A stretch of 64,000 nt of DNA from Solirubrobacterales bacterium (lineage in GTDB: Bacteria > Actinomycetota > Thermoleophilia > Solirubrobacterales > 70-9), in NCBI GenBank assembly GCA_036009365.1, contig DASYLY010000091.1, positions 556 through 64,555 of the forward strand, given 5' to 3'. Positions 9,105-17,519 of the stretch are shown here, in pieces. The first letter of the stretch is position 1; each line of letters starts with the position of its first letter. The position numbers and the translations under genes are program-made. The notes beneath the pieces are model-generated. The model was not told the origin of the DNA and did not search any database. It saw only the letters and a program-made list of their open reading frames with translations.

Positions 9105-12100
9105 TTGACCACCGACGCGAACAAGAGCACCAAGTCCGACCCGCTGGCGCCGTTCAGCGATCCGGTCAGGCGCTGGTTTGAGGCCTCCTTCGAGGGGCCG
9201 ACGCCGGCTCAGACGGGTGGCTGGGAGGCGATCGCAGCCGGCGACAACGCCCTGATCTGCGCTCCCACCGGCTCCGGCAAGACGCTGGCCGCATTCCTTT
9301 GGGGAATCGACAGGCTGGCGCGTGAGCCGGCGCGTGGCGAGGGCGTGCGCCTGGTCTATATCTCGCCGCTGAAAGCGCTCTCCTACGACATCGAGCGCAA
9401 CCTACGGGCGCCGCTGCGCGGGATCGGCGCCGACATCTCCGTTGGCCTGCGGACCGGCGACACGCCGCAGTCGGAGCGGCGGGCGATGCAGAAAAACCCG
9501 CCCGACATCCTCATCACGACGCCGGAGTCGCTGTACCTGATGCTCTCCTCTCAGGTGCGGAGCATCCTCGGCACGGTCGAGGCGGTGATCGTCGACGAGA
9601 TTCATGCGGTGGCGCAGTCGAAGCGGGGGTCGCACTTGGCCCTGACGTTGGAGCGGCTTGAGCATCTGGCACAGGGAGATATCCAGAGGATCGGGCTTTC
9701 GGCTACGCAGCGGCCTTTGGAGCGGATTGCTCAGTTCCTGGTGGGGCCGAAGCGGGAGTGCAGGATTGTTGATGCCGGCCGCAAGAAGGCTCTCGACCTC
9801 GAGATCGTCGTGCCGGTCGAGGACATGGCGGAACCCGGAGCCCCAGCTTTCCCCAGCGAGGATGGGTTGCCGCCGACGGAAATCGAGCCCAGCGCTCACG
9901 TGCGCAGCATTTGGCCGGCGATCTACCCGGAGCTCGTCAAGCTGGTCAAGGAGCACACCTCGACGATCATCTTCGTCAACAACCGCCGCGCCGCAGAGCG
10001 CTTGGCTAAGCGCATCAACGAGCTGGCCAACGGCGAAGACGAGCAGGAGCTTCCCGCCACCGAGCACGCGGGGCACTCGGGGGAAAGCTCTGCCGAGCCC
10101 CCTGCTGAGATCGCCCGCGCCCACCACGGCTCCCTGTCGCACGAGGAGAGGACGCTTGTCGAGGAGTTGTTGAAGTCCGGTCAGCTGCCGTGCCTCGTTG
10201 CGACGTCTTCCTTGGAGCTTGGAATCGACATGGGGGCCCTCGATCTGGTCATCCAGGTCGAGTCGCCGAAGTCCGTGAGCCGCGGCCTGCAGCGGGTCGG
10301 GCGTGCCGGACACGGGCTTGGCGAGACCTCCAAAGGCCGCATCTTCCCCAAGTTTCGCGGCGACCTGCTCGAGTGCGCCGTGGTGGCGCGGCGGATGCGC
10401 GAAGGGGAGATCGAGGAGACGGTGATCCCCCGCAACCCGCTCGACGTGCTCGCCCAGCATCTGGTCTCGATGGCGGCCCTCGACGAGTGGGAGGTCGACG
10501 AGATCGAGCGGCTGGTCACCGCCGCCGACCCCTTCCACGAGCTCTCCCGCGAGCAGCTGGAGAACGTGCTCGACATGCTCGACGGGCGCTACCCGTCGGA
10601 CCGCTTCGCCGAGTTGCGGCCGCGGATCGTCTGGGACCGCACCGAGGGCACGATCCACGGCCGCAAAGGCGCCCGCACCCTGGTCGTCACCAACGCCGGC
10701 ACGATCCCCGACCGCGGCCTCTACGGCGTCCACCTGCCGGACGGGCGTCGGGTCGGCGAGCTCGACGAGGAGATGGTCTACGAGGCCCGCGCCGGCCAGA
10801 CCTTCCTGCTCGGCGCGACCAGCTGGCGGATTGAGGAAATCACCCGCGACCGGGTCATCGTCACCCCTGCCCCCGGCGCCCCCGGCGCCGTCCCCTTCTG
10901 GAAGGGCGACGGGATCGGCCGCCCGGCCGAGCTGGGCAAGGCGATCGGCGCCTTCGCCCGCGAGGCGGTCTCACGGGAGCCGGAGGAGCTGGCCGCCGAG
11001 TACGACCTCGACCCGCGCGCCGCCCGCAACCTCGTCTCCTACCTGCGCGAGCAGCAGCAGGCGACCAAAGTCGTCCCCTCCGACGAGACGATCGTTGTCG
11101 AGCGCTTCCGCGACGAGATCGGCGACTGGCGCCTCTGCATCCTCTCCCCCTACGGCGGCCGCGTCCACTCCGCCTGGGGCCTCGCTCTGGCCGCCAAGAT
11201 CCGCGCCGAGCGCGACCTCGAGGCCGACGCGATCTGGTCCGACGACGGCATCGTCATCCACCTCCCCGATGCCGACGAGCCGCCGCCGGCCGACCTCGTC
11301 CTGATCGACCCCGACGAGCTCGAGGACCTGGTCGTCAGCGAGCTCTCCGGCTCGCCCTTGTTCGGCGCCCGCTTCCGTGAGAACGCCTCGCGCTCGCTCT
11401 TGATCCCGCGCGCCTACCCTGGCAAGCGCACGCCGCTCTGGCAGCAGCGGCTGAAGTCGCAGAGCCTGCTCGAAGTTGCCCGCGACTTCCCCCGCTTCCC
11501 GGTCATCCTCGAGACCTATCGCGAGTGCCTGCAGGACGTCCTCGACCTGCCCTCGCTGGCCGAGCTGCTGCGCAAGCTGCACTCGCGCCAGCTCAGCCTG
11601 GTCGAGGTCGAGACCCCGACCGCCTCGCCCTTCGCCTCCTCGCTGCTGTTCGACTACGTCGCCACCTACATGTACGAGGGGGACACGCCGAATGCCGAGC
11701 GGCGGGCGGCGGCGCTGGCGCTCGACCGCGACCTGCTGCGCGAGCTGCTGGGCCAGGAGGAGCTGCGCGAGCTGATCGACCCGGAGGCGCTGGAAGAGGT
11801 CGAGGCACAGCTGCAGTACCGGACCGAGGTCGGCCGCCCCGAAGACCGCGATGGTCTGCAGCAGGTGCTGCGCGGGCTCGGCGATCTGACCGCGGCGGAG
11901 TGCGATGAACGGGTCGCCGAGGGCTACTCGGCTGCCTCGATGCTGGAGAAGCTGGTCGCTGAGCGGCGGGTGGCGAAGGTGCGGGTGGCGGGAGAGGAGC
12001 GCTACATCGCCGGCGAGGACGCCGGCCTGTACCGCGACGCGCTCGGGGTGCCGCCACCGCCGGGGCTGCCCGAGACCTTCCTCGAGGACCACCCCGATGC

Positions 12101-13565
12101 GATGCGGGCGTTGGTGCGGCGCTATGCACGCACCCATGGGCCCTTCCCGACCGTTCAGCTGGCCGGGCGCTATGGCGTCGACCCGACCCCGGCGCTGCGC
12201 GAGCTGGAGCGCGAAGGGGCGCTGGTCCGCGGTGAGCTGCTGCCGGGGGGAACCGAGCGCGAGTGGTGCGACTCCGAAGTCCTGCGGCGGGTCCGCCGCG
12301 CCAGCCTCGCCCGCCTGCGCAAGGAGGTCGAGGCCGCCGACCGCAGCCAGCTGGCCCGCTTCCTGCCGAGCTGGCAGAACGTCGACGCCTACCGCCCGGC
12401 CGGCGCCGGGCCCGACCGCCTACGTGAGGCCCTGGTCCCGTTACAGGGTGTAACGATAACGCCGAAGGTCTGGGAGACGGCAGTCCTGCCACGCCGCCTC
12501 GGCGCCTACTCGCCTGCCTGGCTCGACGAGCTCTGCACCAGCGGCGAGGTGGTCTGGATCGGCGCCGGCGCGCTCGGTCGCAGTGATGGGCGCGTTGCCC
12601 TCTACTTCCGCGAGGACGTGCGGCTGGCCGGCCCGCCGCCCGCCAACGGCAAGCTGGAGGCGGCCGAGGGCGCCATCCACGACGCGATCCGCGAGCGCCT
12701 CGCTGCCGGGCCCTCCTTCTGGCTCGACCTGCTCGCCGACCTCGATTTCTCGGCCGAGGAGCTGCACAACGCCCTCTGGGACCTGGCCTGGTCGGGCGAG
12801 GTGACCAGCGACTCCTTCGCGCCCTTGCGGGCGCCGAAACTACGCGCGGTGGCGCCACAGGAGCGCAGCGGCCGCCGTTTTGGCCGCCGCCGGGCCGCCG
12901 GAGCCGCGGTCCAGGGCCGCTGGTCGCTGACCGCGCCGCTCTTCGAGGGCGCCCCCGCTGCCGGCCCGCGCCTGCGCGCCCAGGCAGAGCTGATGCTGGA
13001 GCGCTACGGGATCGTCACCCGCGAGACCGTGCTCGCCGAGGGCGTTCCCGGTGGCTTCTCGACCCTCTACGGCGAGCTCGGCAACCTCGAGCTGCTGGGA
13101 ACGGCGCGCCGCGGCTACTTCGTCGAGGGCCTCGGCGGCGCCCAGTTCGCCCTGCCCGGCGCAGTCGAGCGGCTTCGCTCGATGCCCCGCGAGGACGGCT
13201 CCTACCTGCTGCTCGCCGCCACCGACCCGGCCAACCCCTACGGCGCCTCGCTGCCTTGGCCGAAGCTGGAGAGCGGCCGCCGGCCGGGACGGACGCCGGG
13301 CTCCCATCTGCTGCTGCGCGACGGCGAGCCGGTCGTCTTCGTCGAGCGCGGCGGCCGCGGCATCCTCCGCCTGAAGCCGCTCGAGGGCGCGGAGCTGCAG
13401 GCGGCGATGCAGGCTCTCGCCGACGCCGTCAGCGCCGGCCATCTCGCCAAGCTCGCGGTCGAGAAGCTCGATGGCGAGGCCGTGATCGGTTCCGGCCACG
13501 AGGAGGCGCTGATCGGCGCCGGCTTCAGCCGCGGCCCCCGCAAACTGACCGCCTCGGCGCGCTGA
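9105..13565 (+). CDS. lhr: Lhr-family large ATP-dependent DEAD/DEAH-box helicase
   Basis: 1486 aa. Walker A APTGSGKT, DEIH box, SAT-like LSAT, helicase C motifs (HHGSLS, QRVGRAGH), and the long Lhr-type C-terminal extension. Confidence 0.9.
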   Translation: MTTDANKSTKSDPLAPFSDPVRRWFEASFEGPTPAQTGGWEAIAAGDNALICAPTGSGKTLAAFLWGIDRLAREPARGEGVRLVYISPLKALSYDIERNLRAPLRGIGADISVGLRTGDTPQSERRAMQKNPPDILITTPESLYLMLSSQVRSILGTVEAVIVDEIHAVAQSKRGSHLALTLERLEHLAQGDIQRIGLSATQRPLERIAQFLVGPKRECRIVDAGRKKALDLEIVVPVEDMAEPGAPAFPSEDGLPPTEIEPSAHVRSIWPAIYPELVKLVKEHTSTIIFVNNRRAAERLAKRINELANGEDEQELPATEHAGHSGESSAEPPAEIARAHHGSLSHEERTLVEELLKSGQLPCLVATSSLELGIDMGALDLVIQVESPKSVSRGLQRVGRAGHGLGETSKGRIFPKFRGDLLECAVVARRMREGEIEETVIPRNPLDVLAQHLVSMAALDEWEVDEIERLVTAADPFHELSREQLENVLDMLDGRYPSDRFAELRPRIVWDRTEGTIHGRKGARTLVVTNAGTIPDRGLYGVHLPDGRRVGELDEEMVYEARAGQTFLLGATSWRIEEITRDRVIVTPAPGAPGAVPFWKGDGIGRPAELGKAIGAFAREAVSREPEELAAEYDLDPRAARNLVSYLREQQQATKVVPSDETIVVERFRDEIGDWRLCILSPYGGRVHSAWGLALAAKIRAERDLEADAIWSDDGIVIHLPDADEPPPADLVLIDPDELEDLVVSELSGSPLFGARFRENASRSLLIPRAYPGKRTPLWQQRLKSQSLLEVARDFPRFPVILETYRECLQDVLDLPSLAELLRKLHSRQLSLVEVETPTASPFASSLLFDYVATYMYEGDTPNAERRAAALALDRDLLRELLGQEELRELIDPEALEEVEAQLQYRTEVGRPEDRDGLQQVLRGLGDLTAAECDERVAEGYSAASMLEKLVAERRVAKVRVAGEERYIAGEDAGLYRDALGVPPPPGLPETFLEDHPDAMRALVRRYARTHGPFPTVQLAGRYGVDPTPALRELEREGALVRGELLPGGTEREWCDSEVLRRVRRASLARLRKEVEAADRSQLARFLPSWQNVDAYRPAGAGPDRLREALVPLQGVTITPKVWETAVLPRRLGAYSPAWLDELCTSGEVVWIGAGALGRSDGRVALYFREDVRLAGPPPANGKLEAAEGAIHDAIRERLAAGPSFWLDLLADLDFSAEELHNALWDLAWSGEVTSDSFAPLRAPKLRAVAPQERSGRRFGRRRAAGAAVQGRWSLTAPLFEGAPAAGPRLRAQAELMLERYGIVTRETVLAEGVPGGFSTLYGELGNLELLGTARRGYFVEGLGGAQFALPGAVERLRSMPREDGSYLLLAATDPANPYGASLPWPKLESGRRPGRTPGSHLLLRDGEPVVFVERGGRGILRLKPLEGAELQAAMQALADAVSAGHLAKLAVEKLDGEAVIGSGHEEALIGAGFSRGPRKLTASAR

Positions 13566-13592
13566 GCCAGGCAAGAGTCGGACTCGAATCGC

Positions 13593-13955
13593 TCAGCGGC
13601 TGCGACCGAGGCCGACGAGGATGCCAACCCGCTTTGCCACGGTTTCGACCGTGTCGGGGGAAGCATGACCTACCTTGCGTCCCAGGCGGCGCATCGAAAG
13701 CACCCGGACCATCTCTGGCATCGCGAAGCTCACCCTGCCCAGGCCGCCTTCGGGGGGATCCAAGCGAACATGCAATTCACTGCCGCGGTCGGTAGTCGTC
13801 AGAGGAACGGCGATGACGAGCTCAGCCGGGGAGGCATTCAACGGGTTGATCGAGATCACCAACACTGGCCGGGGCCCTGCTTGCTCGTGGCCGACCACCG
13901 GATCGAGACCTCCGATGAAAACGTCGCCGCGTCGTACGCGCGATTCAATCGTCAT
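13593..13955 (-). CDS. mazF: MazF/PemK-family type II toxin (endoribonuclease)
   Basis: RRGDVFIGGLDPVVGHEQAGPRPVLVIS...VIAVPLTT pattern. The start at the internal ATG (MTIESRV) overlaps the antitoxin stop by 11 nt. Confidence 0.85.
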   Translation of the reverse strand: MTIESRVRRGDVFIGGLDPVVGHEQAGPRPVLVISINPLNASPAELVIAVPLTTTDRGSELHVRLDPPEGGLGRVSFAMPEMVRVLSMRRLGRKVGHASPDTVETVAKRVGILVGLGRSR

Positions 13956-14184
13956 CAGGCCACCCGTCGGGGAGCGCATCCCAGGCCTTCATTTCCTCGT
14001 GGATCTCGTCCCCGTGCTTTGCATAGGACTCGTCCATTGAGGCTAGAAGCCGCTGCTCCTCCAACAGGTCCACGGCTGCCTCGAGCACCTCAACCACGCT
14101 CTTTCCCGCTTTCTGCGCCTCTTCGGCAAGGCGTCGTTGCGTGTCTCTCCTGACGCGGATCGTGGTCGTCTCGACTACAGCCAT
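13945..14184 (-). CDS. ribbon-helix-helix type II antitoxin (MazE-like partner)
   Basis: 79 aa. N-terminal TTIRVRRDTQRRLAEEAQKAGKSVVEVLEAAV (RHH) and an acidic C-terminus. Sits directly upstream of, and overlapping, the mazF-like gene. Confidence 0.7.
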   Translation of the reverse strand: MAVVETTTIRVRRDTQRRLAEEAQKAGKSVVEVLEAAVDLLEEQRLLASMDESYAKHGDEIHEEMKAWDALPDGWPDDD

Positions 14185-14197
14185 GGCCCCAGTCTAC

Positions 14198-14207
14198 AGA
14201 TATATCT
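14198..14207. promoter_or_regulatory. perfect 10-bp AT-rich palindrome AGATATATCT in the mazE / crp divergent intergenic region (candidate antitoxin operator)
   Basis: Read directly. Lies 14 nt upstream of the antitoxin start and is flanked by direct TCTACA repeats. Conspicuously AT-rich in a ~70% GC genome. Confidence 0.3.
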
Positions 14208-14285
14208 ACATCACATTCGTGAATTGGCATGGCTGTCTAAGGCCGGGACGGGCGATTCTCTTCCCCCCGGCGCGATAATCAGTTC

Positions 14286-14984
14286 ATGGCCACCAAGGAG
14301 GAGAGCCGCAGCGCGGTCGAGCTGCTGCGCAGCGTGCCGCTCTTCGCCGACCTCGAGGAGGACGAGCTGGAGCGGTTCTCGCGAGTTGCCGTCCAGCGGG
14401 CCTTCCCGGCCGGCACCCGCGTCTTCCACGAGGGCGACCGCTCTGATGCCTGTTACATCGTCAGCGAGGGCAGCTTTCGGGTCACTCGCGAGCACTCCGA
14501 CGGCCGCGCGATCACGCTCGCTACGCTCGGTCCCTGTGAGGTCTTCGGCGAGCTGGCGATGCTCGACGGCGACCTGCGCTCGGCCAGCGCCGAGGCACTC
14601 ACCGACGGCGAGCTGTTAGCGCTGCCGGCGGTCGACGTCAAGGCGCTGCTGGCCCGTCACCCGGAGATCTCGGTAAAGCTGGTGGCAGCGCTGGTGCGCC
14701 GGCTGCGCGCCGCCAACGAGCGGATCTCGCGCCAGTCCTTCCAGACGGTGCCGAGCCGGGTCGCCGGCGTCCTCTCCCAGCTGGTCTCGGAATCGCCACG
14801 CGGCGGTGAGAGCGGCGAGGTGACGATCCGCATGAATCAGGCCGATCTGGCGCAGCTGGCGGGCACCTCTCGGGAGAGCGTCAGCCGTTTCCTCGCCGAC
14901 CTCGAGCGGTCCGGGGTCGTCCGTTCCGGTCGCGGCCGGGTGACCGTCCTCGACCCGCCGAAGCTCCACAACTACATCTTCTAG
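14286..14984 (+). CDS. Crp/Fnr-family transcriptional regulator
   Basis: cNMP-binding domain (FGELAMLDG..RSASAEA) followed by a C-terminal HTH (ADLAQLAGTSRESVSRFLADLE). Confidence 0.85.
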   Translation: MATKEESRSAVELLRSVPLFADLEEDELERFSRVAVQRAFPAGTRVFHEGDRSDACYIVSEGSFRVTREHSDGRAITLATLGPCEVFGELAMLDGDLRSASAEALTDGELLALPAVDVKALLARHPEISVKLVAALVRRLRAANERISRQSFQTVPSRVAGVLSQLVSESPRGGESGEVTIRMNQADLAQLAGTSRESVSRFLADLERSGVVRSGRGRVTVLDPPKLHNYIF

Positions 14985-14986
14985 TT

Positions 14987-15625
14987 GTGACCGACTTCGC
15001 CGACCTCCGGGAGCGGATGGTCGAGCGACAGCTGCGGCGGCGCGGCATCGGCGACGAACGGGTACTGGGGGCGATGGGTTCGGTGCCGCGCGAGGAGTTT
15101 GTCTCTTCGCAGCTGCGCCGCCGCGCCTACGCCGACTCGGCCTTGCCGATTGGTGCCGGGCAGACGATCTCGCAGCCGTGGATAGTCGCGGCGATCTGCC
15201 AGGCGCTGGAGCTGCAGGGGCCGGAGCGGGTGCTCGAGGTTGGCACCGGCTCCGGCTACTCGGCCTGCGTGCTGGCTCAACTCGCAGCCGAGGTGATCAG
15301 CGTCGAGCGCCAGGAGGACCTTTCGCGCCGCGCCGACGGGACTCTGGCGGCGCTGGGCATCGGTAACGTCGAGCTCGTCGTTGGCGACGGTAGCCGCGGC
15401 GTCCCCGAGCGAGCCCCGTACGAGGCGATCGCCGTCCACGCCGCCGCGCCGGCGCCGCCACCGGCGCTGCTCTCCCAGCTCGCCGACGGCGGCCGCATGG
15501 TGGTGCCGATCGCTGGCGAGAGGGAGGAGGCGCTGACCGTCCTACACCGCCACGGCAGCGAGGTCGCCAGCAAGGTGATCGCCCCCTGCCGCTTCGTCCC
15601 CCTGATCGGCGAGGAGGGCTTCTAG
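14987..15625 (+). CDS. pcm: protein-L-isoaspartate O-methyltransferase
   Basis: GAGQTISQPWIVAAICQAL and VLEVGTGSGYSACVLAQLA motifs. Confidence 0.9.
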   Translation: MTDFADLRERMVERQLRRRGIGDERVLGAMGSVPREEFVSSQLRRRAYADSALPIGAGQTISQPWIVAAICQALELQGPERVLEVGTGSGYSACVLAQLAAEVISVERQEDLSRRADGTLAALGIGNVELVVGDGSRGVPERAPYEAIAVHAAAPAPPPALLSQLADGGRMVVPIAGEREEALTVLHRHGSEVASKVIAPCRFVPLIGEEGF

Positions 15626-15632
15626 CGGCCGC

Positions 15633-17426
15633 TCAGCAGCTGATCGGGTGCGGGTCGGAGCCGTCGGTGGCGGCTTCATCGCCTCCACCGCCGCAGTCGA
15701 TCCGCTTGTCCCGGTGCCCGTCGATCGCTTCGATGAAGTCGTCGCCGCCCTTGCCGATGAAGGTGTCCGCACCGAGGTGGCCGAGGAAGCTGTTGGGCTG
15801 GTTGTCGCCGGTCAACACGTCGGGCCCGTCGGAGCCCTCGAGGCTGTCGTTGGTGCCGAGGACGTGATCCGGGGTGCCGCAGCCGCCGGGACCGCCGCTG
15901 CCGCCGAGGGTCACCTGCAGGGCGTCGTTGGAGCGCGCGTAGGAGACCGTGTCGTCGCCTGGTCCACCGTCATAGGTGTGGCCTTGGCAGGTGACGACGG
16001 AGGAGACGAGCAGGTCGTTGCCGGCTCCTCCCTGCAGCACGTCGCCGCCGGGATCGGCGTAGAGGACGTCGCTGCCGCCATTGCCGATCAAGGTGTCGTT
16101 GCCGTTGTCGGGCCCGTTGTAGTTCTCGCCCGATTCGAGCACGTCGTCGCCAGGACCGCCGGAGATCGCGTCGTTGCCGGCGTTGCCGTTGACCCGCACC
16201 TTGGCATTGCCGGGGACGCTGGCGTCGATCGCGATGTTGTCGTCGCCACCGCTGCCGGTGACCACGATCAGCGCCAGCTGGGTGTTGCCGGGGCAAGCGA
16301 CGCTGTTGCCCGCGGCGACGCAACCGTCGCCGGCGAAGACCGGACCGTTATCGGAGACCGTCCAGCTATCGCCGCTGCGGGCGACCCGCAGTTCATCGGG
16401 GCCCTGGCTGCCCTGGACGACGAGGCTGGCGCCAGCGAGGCCCTTGTTGAGGATCGCGAAGGCGTTGTCCGCGGGCGGCGGTTGTTCGGGCCCGCAGGAG
16501 CTCTCGGTCGCGAAGTTACGGCAGGTATCGGTGCCGGAGCCGCCGAAGGCTTCGTCGCCGCCCCCGCCGCCGTCGAGTTTGTCGTCGCCGACCCCGCCGT
16601 CGAGCCGGTTGGCGCCACCGTCGCCGACCAGCGTGTCCGGCTGCGGCGAGCCGACCATGTCCTCGAAGCCGGCGATCGTGTCGTGGCCGTCGCCTTTGGC
16701 CTGGCCGCTGCCGAGGTCGATCTGGACGCCATCGCGGGAGGCGCTTTCGTAGGAGACGATGTCCTGGGCGCCCGGGCCGCCGTCGAGCGCGTCGGTGCCG
16801 GCATCGCCGCGGACGATGTCGCGGTCGCCGGGCCCGCCGCTGACCTTGTCGGTGCCGGCGCCGCCGTAGAGGGTGTCGCTGCCCGGCCCGCCATCGATCG
16901 CCTTCTCATCGCCCGGCCCGCCGTCGAGTTTGTCGTCTCCGGAGCCACCGCCGAGGTCGTCGTTGCCCTTGTCGCCGAGCACGGTGTCGGTGCCGGCGCC
17001 GCCGTCGACGTCGTCGCTGCCCTGCTCCCCGTTGAGGTAGTCGTCGCCGGCGCCACCGCCGAGCCGGTCTGGGCCCTTGCCACCGGTGATCGTGTCGACG
17101 CCACCACCACCCTCGACGCTGTCGACACCTTTTTCGCCGGCGATCGTGTCTTCGCCCGATCCGCCGCAGATCTTGTCGTTGCCGCCCATGCCCTTGACGG
17201 TGTGCTTGCCGCCGCCCAGGACCACGATCACGTCCGGCGCCTTGCCGCCGACGATTTTGGCGGCGCCGGAGACGATCGTCGCCTTCTTGCCGAGGCAGCT
17301 GGAGGCGGCAGGCGCGCTCGTGGTCAGCGCCAGGCCGGCGATCAGCACCGTGGCCAGGGTCGAGGCCGCAAGCAGGAGAAGCTTCCCGCCGGGGGAGGAG
17401 TGGTGACCGATCATGCCCTGCATCAT
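15633..17426 (-). CDS. secreted RTX-like calcium-binding repeat protein (paralog 1)
   Basis: N-terminal signal peptide and dozens of GGxGxD / GxGNDxL nonapeptide-type repeats. 10 Cys, including one just after the signal peptide and one as the last residue. Confidence 0.8.
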   Translation of the reverse strand: MMQGMIGHHSSPGGKLLLLAASTLATVLIAGLALTTSAPAASSCLGKKATIVSGAAKIVGGKAPDVIVVLGGGKHTVKGMGGNDKICGGSGEDTIAGEKGVDSVEGGGGVDTITGGKGPDRLGGGAGDDYLNGEQGSDDVDGGAGTDTVLGDKGNDDLGGGSGDDKLDGGPGDEKAIDGGPGSDTLYGGAGTDKVSGGPGDRDIVRGDAGTDALDGGPGAQDIVSYESASRDGVQIDLGSGQAKGDGHDTIAGFEDMVGSPQPDTLVGDGGANRLDGGVGDDKLDGGGGGDEAFGGSGTDTCRNFATESSCGPEQPPPADNAFAILNKGLAGASLVVQGSQGPDELRVARSGDSWTVSDNGPVFAGDGCVAAGNSVACPGNTQLALIVVTGSGGDDNIAIDASVPGNAKVRVNGNAGNDAISGGPGDDVLESGENYNGPDNGNDTLIGNGGSDVLYADPGGDVLQGGAGNDLLVSSVVTCQGHTYDGGPGDDTVSYARSNDALQVTLGGSGGPGGCGTPDHVLGTNDSLEGSDGPDVLTGDNQPNSFLGHLGADTFIGKGGDDFIEAIDGHRDKRIDCGGGGDEAATDGSDPHPISC

Positions 17427-17519
17427 TCTCTAGACCCCCTGCTTCCCGTTGGGTGCGGTTCGATGCAACAACCAGCGTCTTTTCGACGAATGGCTTAGCG
17501 CAAGAGAGGAAAGTACCGG

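Noticed and set aside
358-13574. Numerous antisense or out-of-frame ORFs across the glycan cluster and lhr (for example 358-1155, 1401-2318, 2345-3340, 3419-4708, 9402-10733, 10971-12137, 11593-12858, 12840-13574)
   Set aside because: They are Arg/Pro/Gly/Ala-rich with no recognisable motifs, and each overlaps a gene with strong family signatures. These are typical high-GC shadow ORFs.
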